Source of the DNA: Pocillopora damicornis | Taxonomy: Eukaryota | Direction: 5' to 3' | Assembly (NCBI RefSeq): GCF_003704095.1 | Contig: NW_020843601.1 | Coordinates: 124,001-188,000, forward strand | Length of the DNA: 64,000 nt | Shown: positions 1 to 10,635 of the stretch, piece after piece | How the letters are laid out: each line of letters begins with the position of its first letter | How positions within the stretch are numbered: position 1 is the stretch's first letter | Translations under genes and position numbers: made by a program | The notes under the pieces: generated by a model | The model's input: the letters and a program-made list of their open reading frames with translations, nothing else | Told to the model about the DNA's origin: nothing | The model's database searches: none

Positions 1-3000
1 CAGTATTCATTTGCTTACACAACAGTTATTTCCGGTATTAAAAGAATTAGTTCTTTGCTTACTGGCGCTGTTTTCTATAACTCTGTTTCGGAAATAAGTG
101 GCAAATCTCTACTAACCCTTTGTTATTAATGCCTTTCACTCCTGACCCAGTCAAAGAGTTGATTTATTGCTAGTCGCAACTCAAACGCAATAGTCATTCG
201 ACACGTTTACAGACTTAAAGCAATCTTCTGTTCGCAACCTTTGCCGCGCTCAGTTTACATTCATATTTCATTACCCTTGGGCAGTCTTTTGTACATTGAT
301 ATGCTTTTTTTAGCGACACAGTTTCATGTCGCAAGCTTAACCGACAGTGTTATAGCTGGATAACGACGTTTGAAATATTCTGTTTCCGAGAATGGTCTTT
401 AATAATTTGGATGACGATATCCTCGAGGGCAGTAATGGAGGTCATGCGCACGGCATGCCATCACATATTGAGCAATAGAAAAACGGATCTTAGACCGGCA
501 ATGCTTTCCTAACAGACAGTGTTTCCAAGTGGGCCCTCTTCATTCGCAAACGAATCCAAACATTTAATGCAAAAATATCCAGACAACTTACCTTTAAGAA
601 TTAGCTTTACAGGCAAAGTACCTCGTCGTTGCTGTTTCCTCGTTGATCAAAAGGCAGCCACGTTTCACCTAAGCTTGTCGTACAGAGGCAAAATTGTTAA
701 CCGAAACGAAATCCTGCGACAATTATGGGCTTCCTTTTTGTCCTGGGTTTTAAATTGAGGGAGGGGGAGGATTTTGTTCGGTACAGAATCGATCATTAAC
801 AACCAAGGCCGAATTCAGAGTGTTGTTGGACCAATAGTGCGTGATTATTTGTGGGAGTTGTTGGAGGCGGGGCCTCATCATATTACAATAAACAAAGTAG
901 AAAGCATGCGCAAGTCGTCTGAAACGATCCTTTTGCCAACAGCATTTCCGCAGGAAAAATTTACATATAATCTTTTACACGCGATTCTTTTACTGCGTAG
1001 TACCTTTTCATTACTGAGTACATGATAATTATCAACAGAGACATGTAGATTAATCGAAAATTATTATCCTTCCAACCTTCAACCTTAATGTTTTTAAACC
1101 TTGGCATTCGACATTAACTGATCTTCAAGGTAAATAGGACGACACAGCGGAAACGTCATATTAAAATACTTTTTAAAAAAAAATGGTGCGACTATCGAAT
1201 GAAAAGCTTTTATTAGCTATCAAGGAAGGGAGAAAAGATTGTTTGGTGATCGCGTAGTTTTTGGACTATACCGTAAAAATAGAGCGAATGAAATAGGGTC
1301 CAGCTCTAATTGAAAGCGTGATCCTTTCTGCTTATCTTCATATGTGAGATGTTTTGCATTCAAGTGGGATAAACGATAAATTTATTGACAAGCTCGGCGG
1401 GAAGTTGGACGACGGATTCTCGTAAAGGAAGATTTAATTCGCTGTTTCACTCGCCAGGCTTGAAAAGGAAACAATTTCACTCACCAAGTAGGAACAAGAA
1501 GAGCCTGGCACAGGAAGTATTTACCGGGGATTTAGAACGTGCAAGTTGGCACAGACGTCACAGAGAAAAACTAATATCGTTCTGTCTTGGCGGTGGAACA
1601 AGGAATTTAACTTTTGTAGAGAATTTTGCCGATCAAGGACGCCTGTTGCGAAGCGCTATTTTGTTAGACGATGTTGCTCAAAATTAGTCAAGGCCAGGGT
1701 CATTTGTGCTATATTTCTTCTTTTGTGCTGAGTTTGTAACAATGGGTCTTTTATAAAATTCTCTAACGCGCGTGATGGGTCGATCTTCCTTTTTCCTTAC
1801 GTGACCATTCGGGACCTCAGAGTCATGCTTGCCTGATATAGGATGGACTCACTCGGTTGTTCATTTCGTTATCCATCTATACAAGCAGCTATCAATCAGC
1901 CCTGTATTGGTTCGTCCGTTTGGTAGTTCGTTCTTTTGTCAACTCGCTCTGCTCACTTATTTATTTTGATTGAGGTAGTCATTCCTCTGCGTGTTTCTTG
2001 GTTCTTAACTTAGTTGGCGTTAGGACTTAACAAAGTTTTGTCAGGCCTTTACTACTTGTAAATCTTGTTGTTAATTAGTAAGGGACTTTTTACCGATAGT
2101 GAACTTGATTCGTCCCCTCCCCGCTCCCGCCCCCTTTTCCGCCCTCATCCCATCTCAAGGCATCCCCAGGGGTTTTTCGTATTCTTGTGTTACCCCGTAA
2201 CATTTCATATACCTGTATCCCTATTCTAACTTGGGTGGGCTTTGTTGTGCCCGAAAACAATTCCAGCGTCATCGAGGATCCGACAACGCATTTCCCAAAA
2301 GACTAACAAACAGACCCCCACGATTAAACTAAGGAGACATTAGGTTTCTAGGTTTCGGTGAAAAGAAAACGAGTACTTTTTTTTATCCACTAATGCAATT
2401 TGTTTCCAGTATGAACTGATATCTCTAAGACATCGATCAAACAAGCTAGAGCGTAAAGCCGAGTATTAATTAACGGCTTAGTATTTAGAGTTTTGGCATG
2501 CTAGAAAACCTCACGAGTTCACCAAGAGAGCTGGCAATAAGCCTGTTAGTCCGTGGATAAACTCAACAAATCTAATTCCTCCTAACGTTTGGCATGTGGT
2601 GTTATTGTAGCTTGCAATTTTAGGAAACGTTTTCTCAGCTCACGTATCTGACTAGTTGTTGCAATGATTCTTTTGCAAGGGAAGCCATACTTGACCCGTA
2701 AATTATTTTTGTGTATCATATGTTCTTTTTCTTCTCTTCGCAACAACGGAAATATTTAGGTTACGAATTTTTCGATCATCAAAAATTAACGAAATGCGGA
2801 TTTGCGAATTTTGAGTTGCGCGGGTGTGAAAACTGTAGCCATTAAAGATTGATTCAAGGGAGTTTTGCCCGAGGTACTCTTTTTGCTAGAGAAGCCGAAA
2901 CTTCTAAAGTGGTGACATGTGCCACACGCGTAGCAATAAATCATCCCAGGCATTCCTGGAGTGTATTTTTGTTATTCTCATTATCGTTGGTGAGTTTGTT

Positions 3001-4134
3001 GTTGTAATGGTTGCTTTAAGTTTCAATGAAATGTCTAACCCGTTACAAAGGATGATGTTCTCGAACTGAGCTCTGTAGGAATGCGGAATTCTCACTGAGG
3101 TTTGGCGCACGTTGTAAATTACTCCCCAGGGGATTTAATTTAAAACCAGTCGATGCATGGTAAGCATTCTGCTCACGAAAAAAACATGATGTTAAAACCT
3201 CATCACGCACTATTTGGTATGCGTGAGCACCAAAAATAGAAACTGGAAAAACTATTTCTGGTTACGCCATAATTTCTGCTCTGAAACTCAAAGAAGCGGG
3301 GAGGAAACACAAGTTATTTATCTTTCAGACTGAGGACAACAAATGCTTAAAAATTGTTATTATTGCTAATGAAAGCCTCTCCGGCCGGAAAGACATAGAT
3401 CCGTACAAAAGATGTTTTATGACAATCCAAGGGTAGACTAAAATAAATGCGACGTAATCCCTGATTATATAAAGTCATTGTATTAAAACGCCCTCTCAGC
3501 CGGAAAGATAGATCTTAGCTCAGACAAATTTAGAAGACAGCTACATTTACAAAAAAAAAGGAAAGAAAGCTTATGTATGGTTCGGCCAGTGCGATGTGAT
3601 CCGTCCGAACTGTTAGTTATCAATGATGTTGTTGTTGTCTCTTATCAGTTATTACAGACGTAATTGATGCCAAAGCTATCGATATTTCCCGAGGGATAAT
3701 GAATGCGCTCTATTGTGTACATATCAAGCATGCTCTTGTCGTGGCTAGAAAAGAAAGGGACAATTCTTGAGAGGAACTTTGAATCCAACAACGAATGAGA
3801 ACCGAAAGTTATCAAAATAAGTTTGTGCTAGCCATATAGGCAAGATCGCTTACATGCTTAATCCTTTTCCTCGCCATACCTGCGTGGCTCACTTATCAGT
3901 GCCATCTTCACTTGCTTCACGCCGGCGAGATTCATTTTGTCCTTTGTTCAAGTGCACTTGTACGGTTAACCCTGTTCTTCTATAGGAACCAGAACTACCG
4001 ATTCAATGTTACTCTTAAACAAGGCTTGGCAGATATCCCTGGGATTTGAGTCCATTTTTGACCCCTGGGTTATCTTTTTAAGTGGAGAGTACATGACAGC
4101 CCTAATAATTGGGACTATCCCTACTGGGAAACAT

Positions 4135-4344
4135 TTAATCCTTTACATACTAACGTCAGTATGCATATTCTCCGTACTGTTCTCATTGCATTTCCTGAGG
4201 TGCTGATAAGGAGAATTTGTTTAACCATCAAGAGCTTCTTTTGTTGCTGATCATTTCCTTTATTCTCATGATCGTATAAGTGATTCTGAGGGGTTATTGT
4301 AAGGAGAAATTGTGTGTTAGTCAATCGTAGAGATAAAAGGTTGA
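4135..4344. mobile_element. piggyBac-like MITE (about 210 bp)
   Basis: Degenerate inverted termini ttaatccttta...taaaaggttga, approximating TTAA|CCCTT...AAGGG|TTAA; non-coding. Confidence 0.6.
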
Positions 4345-4492
4345 AAAGGAACGTAACACCCTTTAGCTAATTATCTTTTCAGATTAGGAAAATGGCTCAC
4401 CAACTACGAACTACCATTTATCTTGTTTTCTAACCGATAGTGAAGCTTCATTTTCTTAATATAAACACACACGCACAATCCACAATACCTCC

Positions 4493-4548
4493 ATTCGCTT
4501 TGACGAAGGGCTAAAGCGCGATACGTCAGCTTTGAAACTCTTTACAGG
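4493..4548 (+). mobile_element. Fragment of a Penelope-type terminal repeat
   Basis: ttcgctttgacgaagggctaaagcgcgatacgtcagctttgaaactctttacag matches the copies at 31.8, 39.1 and 44.6 kb. Confidence 0.65.
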
Positions 4549-5353
4549 GACTGACACCTACTACATTTTGAGATTATGATTTATTTGCCATATCAATTAT
4601 CATGTACGTGGTAGCATTTGAGGATACTGATAACAGGCTGCTTGCTCTACATCACTGAAACAGTAAACATTGCATGCTCGCATTTCATGCAAGGCATAAT
4701 CATTTATCTAGCTTGAAAGTTGAAAAAACGTTACATCTCACCAAACAAAAATCAATTCGTACTCAATAGGCATCAAAGTAGGCGAGCAATTGTGCATGTT
4801 GTTCATTCCCATATTCTGGTTCGTTTATATTTATCAATTTATTTTCCCCACTTGTTCTAGAACCTTTGCAAAACTTTGAATATCTTGGAAAAGACTTGTA
4901 TCTTTATGAAAATATTATTATTCTATAACTGTTGAAAATGGAGGCACCGAGTCAAGAGTTAACTTATGTCACCTAAAGCAAAACTTAAGGTTGTTGTTTA
5001 AAAAAATTGCTGTGATAACTTGATATGTCAAGTGATAACGATACGGTGCTTCAAAATGCAAGGGTTTGTTTTTTATCAGCAGCTGTTATATAATGAAACA
5101 CTGATCCAACGAAACACAATTGCTGTAAAGTTTCAAGGAGCTTCTTTGAGAAACACAAAAATATCAACAGAACGGGATAAGATATTGATTTGAGATAATA
5201 TTCTGCATCTACGTTAACACGGACCACGCAGCTCAATTAAAAAAAAGCATTCAAACTCATATGGTAGCAGCGAAATGTGTGACAGAGTGGTTTTCTGTTT
5301 TGGTCGTTTTTTTTTCTTTTTTTCTTTTTCGCCTTGCAGATAGAAAATAAAGA

Positions 5354-5641
5354 TAAGGAAGCAGTCATTATTTATCTCCAGAGGAAAAGGTTTGGAAATT
5401 TTGGGGGTTATCCCATGGTTCTCTGGGGAAAAGGAAGGGGATCACTCGTCGTCAACAGATTAGTATAAAAGGGGGGGGGGACTTTTACAAATTTACTGCC
5501 AGTGAGCGGGGAAGGGAAATAAGAAATTGCAGAGCCTTAACGGTGATCAGGTACATTTTATGGTAACACAAACCAGAATCCTCCAAATCCCCCTCCCCTC
5601 CCCTTCTTCTCCTCAGGCGATGAAAAATGACTGGTCCCTGA
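5354..5641. mobile_element. MITE with terminal inverted repeats of about 23 bp; partial related copy near 34120-34305
   Basis: Left end taaggaagcagtcattatttatc; reverse complement of the right end tcagggaccagtcatttttcatc. Internal sequence (catggtt...gggga..ggaagggga...gtcgt..aacaga..tataaa) recurs at 34.2 kb. Confidence 0.65.
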
Positions 5642-5721
5642 GAAAAGAGCGCAAATCACACATGCCTGGTTTAGCGGCAAACCGACAATTTGATGTTTCT
5701 GAATGCATATGGATAAATGCT

Positions 5722-8700
5722 CTATGTTTTATTCACTTTAAAACGAATACTTGCTAGTCCCACATCGTTTCCAGCATAGCACCAATAATATCCAAAGTCA
5801 TCATCTTTTTTAGGCGTGAATGTCAGTTTACTTAGGTTTTCTGTAGAGTTCACACCGACTGAGACCTTTGCGCCTTCTCTGATCCACGCGAACACTGCCG
5901 GAGGTTTGGCATCAACTGCGCATGTCAGAGTAATGTTTTGACCAACTCTTGTTTGAACAGTAAGATTTGAACTAGCTTTCTGGTTGTGGTACGGTTTATC
6001 TAGTAAATATAATAAATGAAGCAGGATTAGTGAACACTTCACACGATGGCGCTACCTTCTCTCCTGCTGAGGCGAATTGGAAAATGGCGTGGGTCTTAGT
6101 GGACTTTTTTTGAGGGAGAAAAAAAAAAGAGGATAACTCAAACTGAAGCTAAGGAACGAAAACAAGAACTTATATCGTCTCAATCCTCAAGGATCATTGG
6201 GTTCATAACTTTAAACCACAAATCACGGTTGAGATGCGGGCGCCCATCTATGCCCATAACTCCCCAATATACCCGAGCTAAAACAAGGTAGCAAAGAGCA
6301 AAAACGAGAACCAATTTTGGCTCCACCCTCAAGTAACATTGGGTCCATAACTTTAACCCACAAATCACGGATGAGATGCAAGCGCCCGTCTATGCCCAAA
6401 ACTGCCCAATATCCCCGAGCTAAAACAAGGTATTATAGGAAAGAGCTGTCCATCACTTTAGCTAGCTAATATATAGTATTATCAGTATTATCGATAAATG
6501 AAATGATTATTTTTTTTAGTATCCAACGAACTTGTTGAAAGATTTCCACTTATTATTATGACTAGATGGACATTATTTTGATATCTTCCTTTCCTGTACC
6601 CTTAATTTTCCTTGTTGTTTGCTATGCAATACTTATGATGTCAGTTCTGAAAATTTGGTATCAGATCAACTAATATTCCTCGAATGATATTTTTCCTTAT
6701 TCTAGTCACTTTTCTACTTGATATCGTAAAGTGATATTCTGTCTTTGTTTTGAAAGGGTCGCTCTCCCGCTTAGCTGAACCCTTTAACTCCCAAGATCTG
6801 ATTGTTAACTCTTCTCTTTAGCTGCTTCACATTTCCTTGTAAAGTAACTGGGACAATTTGGTGTTAGATCAAGGAAACAACTTTTCCCTAATTAGTTTGA
6901 GTATTCTCATTATCTACTTGCTGGAGAATGTATGGATATTATAGGGAGAAGTAAAATGTTGATCACTTCTGGGTTAACTAAGGCCAATGATGAAGCATTT
7001 ACGGCACCCGTGCAATTGCCAAACGCCAAACCGAGTCTATGTTCACCGGAGAGGCCTTTTACGTTACCCAAAAGTTGACCGCCTAAAACAAATTCTAACT
7101 TAATCTGATGATAACAGAATTATATGCCATCCTGCGCGGGAAAAAACCAACAGCACTCTTTGGTGTACTTACAGCGCACGACCCTGACTAAGAAACCTTC
7201 CGACACGTTACCAGCTAGGTTCGTAGCCGTACAGTTGTAGGTACCAGCTTGGCTCCGCTGGATGCCTGAAATTCTGAGCACTGTGGCTTTGTTGGGCAAT
7301 ATCCTACCATTGTGCATCCACAACATACTCGGCACAGGGTTCCCAGTTGCTTTGCAGCTCAACTCTACCGTTTGTCCCTCTACACTATCTATAGTCCGGT
7401 TCGATCGACGGACGAGTTTTGGTGGATCTGTGAACATGAACGCAGAAAATATTTATTTCTGTGACTTATTGTAGCGTTTCTGAAGTGAATATTCATACTC
7501 CGATGGGATAATCATAAATTATTTCCTTAATAACCTTACTAAGTGCTTATCTAACCGCATTAAGTGATTGACTTTTAGAGTAATGAACAATAAGTATCGA
7601 CCATGAAAAATTAAGACTCAAATAAAATTGGTTTAAAAGTGAGTCGCCCAATCCTAACGGTTACAATGCACGCTGGACTCCGCTTCAAGAGGTCCGAGTC
7701 CGAGCGCTAACTGGATTTTTTAGTCGTGTTCTCGGTCAAAGCACTTAGCTCCTGTCATGACCCTCTTCACTCAAGGGTATAGATTCCCAAACGCCCTTCC
7801 CCCCACCCGCTTATGCAGAGGGAGAAGATATTATCTTAGTCGCTTAAGCTTTTGGAACTGAGATAACTTCACGCGGCAAGGATCTCTTGACACATTTGCA
7901 ATACTAAGGCATATACAATATACCGTCGGAGCCAAAATATTACGACTTGGCATCGCTGAAAAGAACCTTTAGAAAAAGTGAGATCAATTTCTCTCGTGAA
8001 TGCTTGTGATCCACCTCCCCCAAAAACAAACTCAGGCTCATATCTGCGTATACCCATATGAGGCTTCTGTTATGGTGAAATCAGGAGACGGACATGAAAA
8101 TTCGATAAGTACACTTATGTGTATTTGCAATGTGAAACACATTTAAAAAGCATTCGGAAAGCATGTAAAAAAATGTCAACCCGTCCAAACAGTGTTACCC
8201 CATGCCTTTCAACTAGTACTTGAAATCTGCATGCAAAAAGAAAAAGAAACACTAACACTCAGGCATGCCTCTCAGGACCTCCTTTTTTTCTTGAAAAGTT
8301 TTTAAACTCTGGCCCCCTGAGGAGATTCTAAGTAATAACTATGAGTGCTAGTTCCAAAATTTGATTGGGAATAATAAGTTAATTCTTGAGACAGAATATT
8401 CTGCTTGCACTTACCAAGGACGATAAGTCTTATTGGACTACTTTTGAAGGTCTCCCCGTACACTACCCCTATACAACCATACGTTCCGTCATCTGTGTAA
8501 ATCGCATTTTTCAAGAGAAAATCTAGCTGACATCTTTCGCGGCTTAGTGTACCGGACCACACAGCTCTGGAGATGACAGAGCCTGGTACTTTTGGGTTGG
8601 ACCAAACATTTTCTTTGCTATCAACCGTAAGGAATTTGTTGCCAATATTGCCATAATTATCGGTCTCTGCTCCCCAAAAGACTTGCTCAAAGTTAGTCCA

Positions 8701-9551
8701 GTCCTCCTCGCTGCCGAAATTGCATTCCCATCGGAAAGTGGCGTTGGATCCCAAGTCAACGAACAGGGTTTTTTCTGGCTCCTTCATAAACTTTGTCTCT
8801 GTATGAACTAGACAAAAATAAGCATATGTTATTTAAGGCTTCTCTTTCGTAGTGCAGCTAACAACGTGGGTCAACTTCTGAGTACATTCAACGTCGCTTC
8901 TCTCTGTGCCGTAATGGCATCAGGTGTTTTTCAGCTAATTTCAGTAGAATCCCCATATTTTGCTTTAGAAAGAAGCGATTAAGGGTGTTGCCACTCTCGT
9001 AGATGGGGCGCCAGTCCATTGCGGGTAACCCCTGATATTTTGCCGTTATTCATTTATACTCCCAGGGAGTGCCTTGCCAAAAAACAAGGGCGTGGCTAAG
9101 GATGGGGGGGGGGTCCTTGGGGTGCCCGTGACTCACCCACCTTTGTGAGTCTTTTTTTGTCACATTCAGTAAAACACGGCGTCGAGGTCGACATGACAAT
9201 CTGTTGAGTACCCTTTGTTTGACACAGTATGACCTCCTCCCCCTTTGAAAAATCTTGGCTACGCCCCTAAGCAACATAACCTGATGACCCCACAAAGAGT
9301 CAATACCAGATTTATCGACTAGGAGTCCAGCCACCTTGTTTCCCATAACTCTACTCGAACTGAGGGTTACAGATATCTCTGCAGCTGCTTACAGATTCTA
9401 CGTGTCTGTAACACATATTTTCTTTTCATTTTCCTTAGCTCCAACAACTGGAAACGTAAATAATGAATCGCGAGGGTGACTTACGGCCGGCAGTCAGGGT
9501 ATGGTGAAGGATACAGCTCAACAAGACTGTTGCTACTTTAATGATCGCCAT
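5722..9551 (-). CDS. Secreted Ig-superfamily protein, signal peptide + V-type + 2 I-type domains, 330 aa. Coding exons 9551-9485, 8807-8415, 7427-7173, 5999-5722
   Basis: Signal exon MAIIKVATVLLSCILHHTLTAG. All three introns have GTAAGT donors and YAG acceptors and are phase 1, as is typical of Ig-domain exons. Exon lengths 67+393+255+278=993 nt give one open frame. I-set motifs: VEGQTVELSCKATGNPVPSMLW...QAGTYNCTATN and VGQNITLTCAVDAKPPAVFAW...DDFGYYWCYAGN. TAG follows the last G strand; no TM segment seen. Confidence 0.85.
6185..6432. repeat. Intronic direct duplication of about 105 bp, period 142 bp
   Basis: cattggg(t/c)cataactttaa.ccacaaatcacgg...cccgagctaaaacaaggta at 6195-6290 and 6337-6432. 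Confidence 0.9.
6776..6977. mobile_element. piggyBac-like MITE, same family as 36558-36714
   Basis: aaccctttaactcccaagatct...tcacttctgggttaa; shares internal sequence (agctgc..cacat.tccttgtaaa...atttggtgttagatcaag) with the 36.6-kb copy. Confidence 0.7.
7650..7872 (+). mobile_element. Degenerate tRNA-derived SINE
   Basis: tRNA-like head (ggtta..gctggactcc...ggtccgagtccgagc). Body is similar to the reverse-oriented copy at 8925-9345. Confidence 0.5.
8925..9345 (-). mobile_element. Degenerate tRNA-derived SINE interrupted by a MITE (9085-9269)
   Basis: Reverse strand reads ggctggactcc...ttggcaaggcact...gtataaatgaat...ggggttacccgcaatggactggcgccccatc. The nested element has inverted termini caagggcgtggctaaggat / aatcttggctacgccccta. 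Confidence 0.55.
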
Positions 9552-9649
9552 CACTTTAAATCCAATTTTGGTGGACAGAAAATCTATATCAACCTGGAAA
9601 GAAGAAACGGAACGGCCACACACATAAGTGACTGTATGTAATTACTTTA

Positions 9650-10635
9650 AAGCTGTTTAAGCACTGCAGTAGGCTGCACACTACTGACGCATGACAGGAG
9701 CCCATAGTAATGTGCTTTTGCGCTTGATGATTAGAACATCATTTTCCAAAAGGGATTTCCTTTCCCAATGATATACTATCTTTTTTATGAAAATATCATA
9801 AAGCTATATAAGCCCAGAGCTAGACTTGTGTAAATCTACATGAGAACAGCTGTAGGCTACACACTATTGACGCATGATGATAATACCATCATTTTCCAAA
9901 AGGGATTTCCTCTATTAATGATATACCACCCTTTTCATGAGACTGTTATAAAGTAAAATAAGCCCTGCGCGAGACTTATGTAAAGCTATATGAGAACAGC
10001 TGTAGGCTACACACTATTGACGCATGATGATAATACCGTCATTTTCCAAAAGGATTTCCTCTATTAATGATATTCCACCCTTTTCATGAGACTGTTATAA
10101 AGCTAAATAAGCCCAGCGCTAGACTTATTTAAAGCTATATGAGAACAGCGTTAGGCTACACACTACTGACACATGATGATAAGACCATCAGGCTATACTG
10201 CTGAATACCCTGCCACCATTTACATGTCACTGAACAAGAATAGCGTCTACTGTGTTATACCTGGTTCTTGAAAGCCTCACGACACATGTAAATGAGGTGG
10301 GCCAAAGTGGCAGGGTATTCTGCAGTTACTCCATGCCATCATTGTACAAAAGGGGTTTCCTCTATTAATGATATACGATCTTTTTCATGTAACTATTTTA
10401 AACCTATATAAGCACAGTGGTAGACTACTGTAAAGCTATATAAGCACAGCGGTAAGCTACACACCATTGATGCATGATAAGACCGTCATTTTTAAAAAGC
10501 GATTTCCTCTATTAATGATTAACTTATTTTTTCATGTAACTGTTACAAAGCTATATAGGCACAGTGGTAGACTGCACATTATGGATGCATGACGATAAGA
10601 CCATCATTTTTAAAAAGGGATTTCTCCTTTTAGTG
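9650..10635. repeat. Tandem repeat of about 150 bp (5-6 diverged units) in the 5'UTR intron/upstream region of the first Ig gene
   Basis: tgagaacagc..taggctacacact..tgac.catgatgataa at 9841, 9991 and 10140; ccatcatttt...aagggatttcc recurs through to 10625. Confidence 0.92.
10191..10335. mobile_element. Small hairpin insertion (MITE-like) inside the 150-bp array
   Basis: Inverted repeat actgctgaataccctgccac (10197) / gtggcagggtattctgcagt (10326), plus inner catttacatgt / acatgtaaatg. Flanked by a duplicated ccatca (10185-10190, 10336-10341). Confidence 0.75.

Noticed and set aside
3045-3080. In-frame TGA after a possible AAG acceptor (selenocysteine idea)
   Set aside because: Poor acceptor, an intron of only about 60 nt, and no SECIS or selenoprotein motif seen.
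7650-7720. tRNA-like sequence
   Set aside because: No intact cloverleaf; it continues into a SINE body.
9650-10635. CRISPR-like periodicity
   Set aside because: Whole units are homologous, with no unique spacers; eukaryotic context and no cas genes.
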